From an uncultured Oscillospiraceae bacterium (lineage in GTDB: Bacteria; Bacillota; Clostridia; Oscillospirales; Acutalibacteraceae), in NCBI GenBank assembly GCA_900544375.1, contig UQUZ01000001.1:52270-116269 (forward strand): a stretch of 64,000 bases of DNA, in the 5' to 3' direction. Shown here piece by piece: positions 51,402 to 58,703 of the stretch. Each line of letters opens with the position of its first letter. The first letter of the stretch is position 1. The notes beneath the pieces were generated by a model. The model was given only the letters and a program-made list of their open reading frames with translations. It made no database searches and was not told the DNA's origin. The position numbers and the translations under genes were made by a program.

Positions 51402-52234
51402 CTGTAATCTATCAAATCCTCGAAACTGTGCTGCCCTTTTCATGGCTTGATTACAATTTTATGAAAAATGCCTTTGTGGCCATCCTGCTCATCACGCCGC
51501 TGCTCGGCGTGCTCGGCACGATGGCGGTCAATAACAAAATGGCCTTTTTTTCCGATGCGCTGGGCCATTCCGCGCTGACCGGCGTAGCGCTTGGCGTGCT
51601 GCTGGGCATTCAAAACGATCTCATTAGTATGATTGCATTTGGGGTGCTGCTCGCGCTGGTGATCACGCGTGTAAAATCGGCAAAAACAGCCTCAGCCGAT
51701 ACGGTGATCAGTGTGTTTTCGTCTACCGCCATTGCGTTGGGGCTCGTGATCCTATCGGCGGGGGGCGGATTTTCCAAATATTCGCAATACCTGATCGGCG
51801 ATATCCTGAGCATTACGCCGCGGGAAATTTTGCTTCTGGCAATTACGCTGGTAATTGTTATTCTAATCTGGGGGATCATTTATAACCGCCTGCTTCTGTT
51901 AAGCATCAACACGGATCTTGCCGCAAGCCGGGGCGTGAAAACGGCGGTGGTAGAAAATATTTTTGTGGTGCTCGTTGCAGTGGTCGTGATGCTCTCGATT
52001 AAATGGGTGGGCGTGCTGCTGATCAACTCCCTGCTCATTCTGCCTGCGGCGGCTGCCCGCAACCTTGCGCGCAGCTCTCGGCAGTATTTGGCTTTTTCCG
52101 TGCTGATCGCAATGGTGTGCGGGGTGGGCGGTTTGATCGCCTCGTTTTATTTCAATACGTCGGCCGGCGCAACGATCGTGCTGCTGTGCGCGGCGGTGTT
52201 TTTTGCAACCTATGCGGCGCGCCGCAGAAAATAA
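51398..52234 (+). CDS. znuB: Metal ABC transporter permease
   Basis: ABC-3 family polytopic membrane protein; ATGA overlap with znuC. Confidence 0.88.
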   Translation: MTVIYQILETVLPFSWLDYNFMKNAFVAILLITPLLGVLGTMAVNNKMAFFSDALGHSALTGVALGVLLGIQNDLISMIAFGVLLALVITRVKSAKTASADTVISVFSSTAIALGLVILSAGGGFSKYSQYLIGDILSITPREILLLAITLVIVILIWGIIYNRLLLLSINTDLAASRGVKTAVVENIFVVLVAVVVMLSIKWVGVLLINSLLILPAAAARNLARSSRQYLAFSVLIAMVCGVGGLIASFYFNTSAGATIVLLCAAVFFATYAARRRK

Positions 52235-52240
52235 TAATAA

Positions 52241-52282
52241 GGCTGCCACAAATTACCATGTAATTTGCAGCAGCCCTTTTTC
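52241..52282. terminator. Hairpin between the convergent znuB and the 188-aa hypothetical gene
   Basis: Nested stems ggctgc/gcagcc and caaattac/gtaatttg, then CTTTTT. Confidence 0.7.
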
Positions 52283-52293
52283 AGCTTTGGCCT

Positions 52294-52860
52294 CTACATC
52301 ATAATATAGAGCAGGGCCAGCAATAGCAGCTCATCAGCGCCCTCTCCATTCAACAAAAGCATCAGCGCGAGCAGTAGGGATTGATCGGAGCTACCCTCCG
52401 CCAGGCCCAGCGGCAAAGGGCGCTTTCCCGGCACAGCGCCTTGGGAGGCGTGCGGCTCCTCCTCCTGCACAGGCAGAGGCGTTTCCCTTTTCTCCTGGAT
52501 ATAATCCACTGGCAGGGAAATATGCTTTGGGGAACGCGGCTTACCCGCGGGCGGTTGTGAATGCTGCGGCTTATTGTCTAGAAAAGCAAGACGATCCGCG
52601 TCAACTTCCGTTTTTTCCGCTGTGGGCGCGAGCCCTGTTGGCAGGTGCTGCGGCTCCCGATGGGCGCTGTGCTCTGCGGCTTTTGCCTGCGGGGGCCCCT
52701 CCTGCGGCGCTGAAATGGGGGGAGATTCGCTTTTTTTTCGGTCTAATTCCTCCTGCGCGCGTTGGGCCGTCAGTTGGGCGCGGCGCTGCATTTCACGCAC
52801 GCGCTGCGTGGCCTCCTCCTGCATGGCCATCAGCTCTTGGTATGTATAATCCCTCGCCAA
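52294..52860 (-). CDS. Hypothetical Pro/Gln-rich protein with a hydrophobic Leu-rich C-terminus
   Basis: MARDYTYQELMAMQEEATQRVREMQRRAQ..., a long low-complexity middle, and the tail ...SDQSLLLALMLLLNGEGADELLLLALLYIMM. Its start lies 1 nt after the stop of the upstream ORF. Confidence 0.6.
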   Translation of the reverse strand: MARDYTYQELMAMQEEATQRVREMQRRAQLTAQRAQEELDRKKSESPPISAPQEGPPQAKAAEHSAHREPQHLPTGLAPTAEKTEVDADRLAFLDNKPQHSQPPAGKPRSPKHISLPVDYIQEKRETPLPVQEEEPHASQGAVPGKRPLPLGLAEGSSDQSLLLALMLLLNGEGADELLLLALLYIMM

Positions 52861-52861
52861 A

Positions 52862-53254
52862 TCAAAGCACCCCCTGATCCCTTAAAATCGGCAGCATTTC
52901 CAGCAGCCGCATCATGCGAAGCGCCTCATCCGCCTTATGGCGGCGCTCAGGGCTCAGAAGAGGCTTGAGCGCTGCGATAAAGGCGGTTCTGGAATCATTC
53001 CCCCCGCCATTCATTGCGCCCATGATGGCAGACAGTTTTTTCATCATTGCCGGATCGATTCCGGAGAGCGCGCCGAGCGCTTCCGCCGCCCCGTTTTGAC
53101 CGGCCGTGGGCAGGGGTGTGTTCTGCTGAGTCGGTTCGGCCTGCTGGCCGCCCTGGTTCTGCCCGCCAAAGAGCGATTGCGCCACACTCTGCAAGGATTG
53201 GATATCATCCGGGCTGAGGCTGTTAATCAGGTTGCTTAAGTTCTTATCGTCCAT
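52862..53254 (-). CDS. Hypothetical Gln/Gly-rich small protein
   Basis: 130 aa with ...NDSRTAFIAALKPLLSPERRHKADEALRMMRLLEMLPIL at the C-terminus. No family recognised. Confidence 0.6.
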   Translation of the reverse strand: MDDKNLSNLINSLSPDDIQSLQSVAQSLFGGQNQGGQQAEPTQQNTPLPTAGQNGAAEALGALSGIDPAMMKKLSAIMGAMNGGGNDSRTAFIAALKPLLSPERRHKADEALRMMRLLEMLPILRDQGVL

Positions 53255-53280
53255 TTTTCAAAATCCCCCTGTTTCGGTTG

Positions 53281-53553
53281 TTACCGGTTAAAATGCTGCC
53301 TGGTATCTAGGAGCTTTTCCAGCAGAGCCTGTGCCTGCGGCGTGGCAAGCAGCTTATCCGCGGCCTGACGGTCCTCCAAAAGCATCTTGAGCGTTTTTGC
53401 CTGCGTCGGGTTCATATTTTTGCGCACAAAATCTTCCCAGTTTCCGCTATTGATTGCCTGCTCGATATCGGAAGCCGCTTTTCCGGAGGTTTCACTCAAA
53501 TGCTTCAGAGCGGCCTTCATTTGTTCGGTGTTCAGATTTCTTCCGTCAATCAT
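53281..53553 (-). CDS. Hypothetical small helical protein
   Basis: 90 aa from the ATG 8 nt after AGGTGG (MIDGRNLNTEQMKAALKHL...). First gene of the three-gene minus-strand cluster. Confidence 0.55.
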   Translation of the reverse strand: MIDGRNLNTEQMKAALKHLSETSGKAASDIEQAINSGNWEDFVRKNMNPTQAKTLKMLLEDRQAADKLLATPQAQALLEKLLDTRQHFNR

Positions 53554-53608
53554 TGCATTCACCACCTGTAGTGTATATAATACTAATATGCTTGCGATGG
53601 GGGAAAGT

Positions 53609-54115
53609 ATGAACGATCTTTTACCCGATCTCTATGAAAGGAAGTCGGCTCGGATGAGGCTCCTGGTAGTTTCTGATTCTCATGGGGATTCCTACGCGCT
53701 GTATCGCGCAATCCAGCAGCAGCCTGCGGCGCAGGTGGTCATCCATCTGGGCGATGGCGAAAACGATATGGAGCAGGCGATGGGCCTCTGCGGGGAGAAG
53801 CGCGTGATCTGCGTGCGGGGCAATTGCGATTGGGGCTCGATGCTGCCCGCCCTTTCACTGGAGCGGATTGCAGGCAAGCTGCTGTATCTTACGCATGGCT
53901 ATGCGGAAAACGTAAAATACGGCGATGGGCAGCTCCGGCAGCAGGCGCGCGCCTGTAAGGCCGACATTGCATTATATGGCCACACCCATCGGGCTGTGAC
54001 AGATTTTGAAGACGGCCTATACCTGATGAACCCCGGCGCTGTTGCAAACGGGGAATACGGGATTGTCGACATCACGCAGGCGGGTATTGTGTGCGTGAAT
54101 CACAAAATCAGATAG
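53609..54115 (+). CDS. YfcE/MJ0936-family metallophosphoesterase
   Basis: LLVVSDSHGD, HLGDGEND, RGNCD, GHTH motifs. Start at the ATG after GGGGGA. Confidence 0.85.
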   Translation: MNDLLPDLYERKSARMRLLVVSDSHGDSYALYRAIQQQPAAQVVIHLGDGENDMEQAMGLCGEKRVICVRGNCDWGSMLPALSLERIAGKLLYLTHGYAENVKYGDGQLRQQARACKADIALYGHTHRAVTDFEDGLYLMNPGAVANGEYGIVDITQAGIVCVNHKIR

Positions 54116-54247
54116 GCCGCGCAGCGCAAGCGGGCAGCCAGACAAGCTTCGCCGCCCTCTGCTTGATAAAAGGGCGATGAATAGTAGCCTGCATAGGATA
54201 GCCAGCGGCTGTATTTTTATGATTGTTGAAAAAGGAGCGCATTCGGC

Positions 54248-54871
54248 ATGAATGTTCTGATCGTCGGCGCGGGTAAAACCGGGCGAAGGCTCGCCCTTGC
54301 TTTATCCGGGCGAGGGTATGATGTTGCGGTGGTAGACCGCGATCAAAGCAGGCTCGACCTGTTGGGGGAGAATTTTGACGGCATCACGGTAGCGGGCGTT
54401 CCGGTGGATCGGGATGTGCTGATTTCCGCAGGCTGCGAAAATGCGGACGTTGCCTGTGTGATCACGCCGGAGGATAATGTCAACGTGATGGTCACGCAGC
54501 TTTTACGGACCGATTTTCAGGTGGAAACGATTTATACCCGCATTTTGGACCCTTCCCGCGAGGCTGTTTTCCACAAATTTGGCCTGCACACGATCTGCGC
54601 CACCCGCTATGAGGCCGACCATCTGCTGGACCTGATTACAAAGGAGGATGCGCAATTTTCCATGCTCCATTTTGGAAGCGCCTCCGTATCCTTTGAGGAG
54701 GTGCGCACGGATCGCCATGATTGGGGGCTCAAGCCCTCCCAGCTTTATCATCGTAAAAATGAAATGCCCTTTGCCGTGCGCCGCAAAGGCGGGCGGCTGT
54801 TCCTGACCAATGCGGAGAACCTAATTCTTTCGGAAGGCGACAGCGTGATTTTTGCGCAGATCAATGATTAA
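54248..54871 (+). CDS. TrkA/KtrA-type RCK (NAD-binding) potassium-uptake regulatory protein
   Basis: MNVLIVGAGKTGRRLA Rossmann N-terminus plus a TrkA_C-like C-terminus. Confidence 0.8.
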   Translation: MNVLIVGAGKTGRRLALALSGRGYDVAVVDRDQSRLDLLGENFDGITVAGVPVDRDVLISAGCENADVACVITPEDNVNVMVTQLLRTDFQVETIYTRILDPSREAVFHKFGLHTICATRYEADHLLDLITKEDAQFSMLHFGSASVSFEEVRTDRHDWGLKPSQLYHRKNEMPFAVRRKGGRLFLTNAENLILSEGDSVIFAQIND

Positions 54872-54951
54872 GGGGCCTTTTAAGCGCGTTTTCTGCAATA
54901 TTTGTGGCCTCTTTTCACAAAAAGCGGCCTGGAAAGGAAATCGATACTATC

Positions 54952-55611
54952 ATGAGGAAAATACTGATCGTCGGCGGGGGTAATCTTGGCTATTTCCTCT
55001 CGCAGGCGCTGATGGAGGATGGCTATAGCGTCAGCCTGATTGAAAAGGAGAAGGAATACTGCCGGCGCGTTGCAAATTTGCTCGATATTCCCGTGATCTG
55101 CGGGGATGGAACCATGGTGGAAACGCTCGCGCGCGGCGGCGCGGGGAAGTGTGATACGCTGATCGCCGTAACTGGCAAGGATGAGGATAACCTGATCGCC
55201 TGCGAGCTTGCAAAGCAGCAGTTTAACGTTCCGCAGACGGTGGCGCGGGTCAATAACCCCAAGAATATGGATATCATGAAGAAGCTCGGCGTGGATATCA
55301 CGATGTCCCCCACCCGGATTATCGCTGGGATGATTGAACATGAGGTGGAGGGCGCGGCGGTGCGCTTGGTGGCGGATATCAACAACAGTGATGCGAGCAT
55401 CAATGAATATAAGCTGCCGGAGCATTGGTCCCGTTCGGGCGCGACCGTTCAATCCCTGAATCTGCCGGAGGATTGCGTTTTAATTTATCTGATGCGGGAT
55501 TCTTTGATTACGATTCCGCGCGGCAACACGGCGCTGATGGAGGGGGATGAGATTGTTGCCCTCACAGTGGGGAATACGGCGAAAACGTTGAAAAAGATAT
55601 TTGAATTATAA
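54952..55611 (+). CDS. Second TrkA/KtrA-type RCK protein
   Basis: MRKILIVGGGNLGYFLSQAL Rossmann N-terminus and a TrkA_C region (...GDEIVALTVGN...). Start at the internal ATG. Confidence 0.85.
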   Translation: MRKILIVGGGNLGYFLSQALMEDGYSVSLIEKEKEYCRRVANLLDIPVICGDGTMVETLARGGAGKCDTLIAVTGKDEDNLIACELAKQQFNVPQTVARVNNPKNMDIMKKLGVDITMSPTRIIAGMIEHEVEGAAVRLVADINNSDASINEYKLPEHWSRSGATVQSLNLPEDCVLIYLMRDSLITIPRGNTALMEGDEIVALTVGNTAKTLKKIFEL

Positions 55612-55617
55612 AAAACA

Positions 55618-55642
55618 GTAGGGGCGAACTGTGTTCGCCCGC
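55618..55642 (+). repeat. REP-like palindromic element, copy 1
   Basis: gtaGGGGCGAACtgtGTTCGCCCgc followed by TTTT. It probably also terminates the RCK operon. Confidence 0.75.
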
Positions 55643-55693
55643 TTTTGCCTCTTGTATAAACACATATAATCCATCAAGCTATTTTACCTAGGC

Positions 55694-55721
55694 CTGCGGG
55701 CGAACGCAGTTCGCCTCTACG
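55694..55721 (-). repeat. REP-like palindromic element, copy 2 (inverted)
   Basis: The reverse complement reads cgtagaGGCGAACtgcGTTCGCCcgcag. Confidence 0.7.
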
Positions 55722-55753
55722 TCGTAATCAAAAACAGAAGATCTCAAAAGAAG

Positions 55754-55785
55754 AGGGGGGCGCACATGGTGCGCCTCCCTTTTTG
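55754..55785. terminator. Orphan GC-rich hairpin with flanking T/A runs; same GGCGNAC-NNN-GTNCGCC architecture as the REP copies
   Basis: agggggGCGCACatgGTGCGCctccct followed by TTTTGG. No coding gene ends here. Confidence 0.55.
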
Positions 55786-55826
55786 GTCTGTTGAACTGGT
55801 TTTTCGATTATTGCTTTCAGGGAAAG

Positions 55827-55855
55827 GCAGGCGAACACAGTTCGCCCCTATGGGG
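55827..55855 (-). repeat. REP-like palindromic element, copy 3 (inverted)
   Basis: The reverse complement ataGGGGCGAACtgtGTTCGCCtgc matches copy 1 at about 23 of 25 positions. Confidence 0.75.
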
Positions 55856-56234
55856 AAAGGGAGAGAGGTATTCATTATATGTAAATAAATGTTATTTTTT
55901 ACAGGCTGATTTTTTGGTGCGATTTATAGGGAATGTCAAAATTAAAAATCATCTATCAAATTTGGGAATTATGTTATATTTACAGGCCCAAAAAAAATTT
56001 TTTTCATATCATTACACAAACTATTTACTTTTCATAGGGATTATGATATTATTGTGATGTAATTTATGAGAAAACGTTCCATTCCGTCGTATTTTGGTTG
56101 TATTATGGAAGGAGGAGAAAAGAAAGGATTCCTTTGGGTCGAATAAATATTGGGTGAATATCCTTATATTTACGGAAAGAGAAATAAATTAGGGTAAAAT
56201 CGAAACTTTCTATCAGAAAAAGGGGGTTAATCAA

Positions 56235-56687
56235 GTGACAAATAAACAAAGAAGAATCCTAGAGGATGCAGAGATTTCGTCAGAATTAATGCATGAAGTT
56301 GATCATTATCTGAAGGATGTTGGTGCGGTGCTTTCCGGTACGATCCATGAAAAAGAAAATTATCTCACCATGCTTTGCAATGATATTGCAGAATTTGTTG
56401 ATGTAAATCCGAGCGCTTCGATTAACAATATTATTGGCGAATTCGGTACGCCGGAAAAGCATGCGGATGTTTTTCTAGAAAATAAAATGAAGGATAAGCC
56501 TGAAACCATCCGGAAACGTTTGGTTTTTCATAGAGTAATTGCAATTGCTGCGGTTCTTGTTGTTGCTATTATTGGCATTGTGTATGCGTGTGCATTAATC
56601 GAAAATCATTGGATAAATAAAGGATATGATACTGAATCCATTGAAAATGAAGAAGTTGTTATTCTACAAACAGACGAGAGGGATTAA
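56235..56687 (+). CDS. Single-pass membrane protein with an N-terminal DUF1700/HAAS-like helical domain, inside the AT-rich islet
   Basis: GTG start 8 nt after AGGGGG. ...YLKDVGAVLSGTIHEKENYLTMLCNDIAEFVDVNPSASINNIIGEFGTPEKHADVF..., one TM (VIAIAAVLVVAIIGIVYACALI), and an acidic tail. Family resemblance by recollection only. Confidence 0.65.
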   Translation: MTNKQRRILEDAEISSELMHEVDHYLKDVGAVLSGTIHEKENYLTMLCNDIAEFVDVNPSASINNIIGEFGTPEKHADVFLENKMKDKPETIRKRLVFHRVIAIAAVLVVAIIGIVYACALIENHWINKGYDTESIENEEVVILQTDERD

Positions 56688-56693
56688 GTTACG

Positions 56694-57167
56694 ATGAAAA
56701 AGAGAATATTATCATTATTTACTTTTCTAATGTTGATTTTTTGTTTTATTGTTAGTGCCAGTGCCGCATCAGTTGTCAATACAAATGAATATATTGAATA
56801 TTTTAGTGATGGAAGCTATGCAACAACTACGATAGAAGAGTCTTTAGTTTTAACACGGGGAACAGTGTTTTTGAAATCGGGAAACAAAGTATATACATAT
56901 TGGGATGCAAAAGGAAACGAGCAATTTAAAGTTACACTTTATGGAGAATTTAATGTTAATAGTGGTGTTAGTGCAACTTGTATTAAGTCTACAATTAATG
57001 TTAATATCACAAATGATAATTGGAAATTGATTTCTCAGGAGGCAAGTAAGTCTGGTAATCAGGCAAAGGGAACGGTAACATTAAAAAGATATATGTTATT
57101 AATTCCAGTGGAGACTAGAGAAAAGACACTTACATTAACATGTGATAAGAATGGCACCCTCTCTTAA
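56694..57167 (+). CDS. Secreted beta-rich small protein of unknown function, inside the AT-rich islet
   Basis: Sec signal peptide MKKRILSLFTFLMLIFCFIVSASA. The mature ~130 aa show an alternating pattern and two Cys, ending LTLTCDKNGTLS. It starts 6 nt after the previous stop, with an internal RBS (GAGAGGGA). Confidence 0.7.
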   Translation: MKKRILSLFTFLMLIFCFIVSASAASVVNTNEYIEYFSDGSYATTTIEESLVLTRGTVFLKSGNKVYTYWDAKGNEQFKVTLYGEFNVNSGVSATCIKSTINVNITNDNWKLISQEASKSGNQAKGTVTLKRYMLLIPVETREKTLTLTCDKNGTLS

Positions 57168-57216
57168 ATCTTTATAAAGTGTCGCATCCTCCATGGAAGC
57201 GTGGATTCATAAATGG

Positions 57217-57804
57217 TTATCCCTGTGGGGCGTTTTTACAACGCTTCACAGGGATAGCGGCTTTTTTGGGCAAATCGTTAGGATCGGTATGCAGAAGAAC
57301 ACAATTTACCCTCCGCTTAGGAGGACGGTCTACCAGGTAAATCAGCTTCAGGCAGTATTCTTCCGCTCTCTTTTTTAAAAACGCCGCATCTTCCGCATCG
57401 ATTTGGCCATAACACACGCAAACATTGCATTGCTGAATGATAGAGCGTCTGCCGCCTAGTATGCTGGCCAGGGATTGATAGCATGAAAGGAGATCAACGC
57501 CGTCGGCCTCCTCCTCTATCATTTCGTGAAAAAATTGCTCCCGTGGAGGATACCACTGGGATTGCATCGGGCAGGCAAGCTGAAGGAAAAGCCGCACGCG
57601 GGAATCGCTCTGCTTGCGCTCCAGCACGGCCCTGGCCGCCAACAGGTCGAAGCCGGTGGCCGCCCCAGTGTAAAACTGAAAGATCTCCTTACTGATGAGC
57701 CGATCCATCACATGGTTGATGCGGGCAATAATCCGGCGCTCCTGCTCTTCTGGGATGCTTTCCGGGCCGGCAAAGCAACACGCTTTTTCAAAAAGTTTTC
57801 TCAT
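57217..57804 (-). CDS. SLOG-fold DUF1273 (YpsA-like) protein
   Basis: ...CCFAGPESIPEEQ...FYTGAATGFDLLAARAVLERKQSDSRVRLFLQLACPMQSQWY... fits the DUF1273 pattern (G..G.D..aa..vL, then W). The start is probably the second ATG (MRKLF). Confidence 0.7.
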   Translation of the reverse strand: MRKLFEKACCFAGPESIPEEQERRIIARINHVMDRLISKEIFQFYTGAATGFDLLAARAVLERKQSDSRVRLFLQLACPMQSQWYPPREQFFHEMIEEEADGVDLLSCYQSLASILGGRRSIIQQCNVCVCYGQIDAEDAAFLKKRAEEYCLKLIYLVDRPPKRRVNCVLLHTDPNDLPKKAAIPVKRCKNAPQG

Positions 57805-57928
57805 GTTCAACATCCTTCATTTTGACTTCTTTTGGCCTTCACTATGGCCTCATAATGCAGTCACAGCAAAATCCGGTTTTCCTCTGTTCCCATAGGAAAA
57901 ACAATATTAGAGAGAAGGTATTCAAACC

Positions 57929-58144
57929 GTGGATGGTATTATACGAAATTATACGTTTCGAATCAACTCGGAATTGCTGGAAAAGTTCCACTATGTTTCC
58001 CGGATAAACGGACGCTCCGCCAACATGCAGATTTTAATCTATGTGCAGAAAACTGTGGAGCGCTATGAATCGGATAACGGGCCGATTGAGGTGCGGGGGA
58101 TCAAATACACTCCCTCCAAAAAGCTCCCCGACGAAAAGCGTTAG
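57929..58144 (+). CDS. Ribbon-helix-helix (Arc/CopG-type) DNA-binding protein
   Basis: NYTFRINSELLEKFHYVSRINGRSANMQILIYVQKTVERYE is a beta-strand plus two helices typical of RHH proteins. GTG start; divergent from the SLOG gene. Confidence 0.6.
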   Translation: MDGIIRNYTFRINSELLEKFHYVSRINGRSANMQILIYVQKTVERYESDNGPIEVRGIKYTPSKKLPDEKR

Positions 58145-58185
58145 CCGGGAGGCGTTGCCCATTCTGCCCCATTGGCGCGGCAGAT

Positions 58186-58232
58186 AAAAAAGCACTGGGC
58201 GTCCGCTCTGGCGGACGCCCAGTGCTCTTTTG
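58186..58232. terminator. Strong bidirectional terminator after the RHH gene
   Basis: 16-bp perfect stem agcactgggcgtccgc/gcggacgcccagtgct with loop tctg, an A-run before and a T-run after. Confidence 0.85.
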
Positions 58233-58703
58233 ACGAAAAAGAAAAAGCGTTTCGTTGAACTGCACAAGAATCATGAGATATGGATTTTAGAAAAAGGATT
58301 CGATTTGTCAGGTGGTTCTTTTTCAGCAAGCATAAAAAACAGGAATGCGCTCATGCCGCGCGGGAATTTTCTTTTGTCTTCTCACAAAAGGAAACAAAAA
58401 GAGCCGCGGGGAGTTCCCCGCGACCCCCGCACGGCCCTGCGGCAGCAGTAAGCAGAGAGCCACGACCCAACCCGTTCGGCGAGCCTTCCCAAACTCGCTG
58501 TGCTTGTGCAGCAAGCGCATACTCACCGGCGTTTCAAACACATGGAAAGGCTCGTTTTTTGCTGCTACGCAACAAGATTCTGCGGGCGCTGCCTTGGCCT
58601 TCCGCCAGCGCTCAGTGGCGCAGAAAAATGCTGCTTACGAAAGCGCTCTGAAACCCTGCTTTTTGTTTTGTGTGCTCTTTTCAAACGATAGAAAGTGGCA
58701 AGC

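Noticed and set aside
55791-56057. 88-aa ORF at the left edge of the AT-rich islet
   Set aside because: It starts inside the REP cluster, has no RBS, and its translation is Phe/Ile/Leu/Tyr-rich, as expected from AT-rich non-coding DNA.
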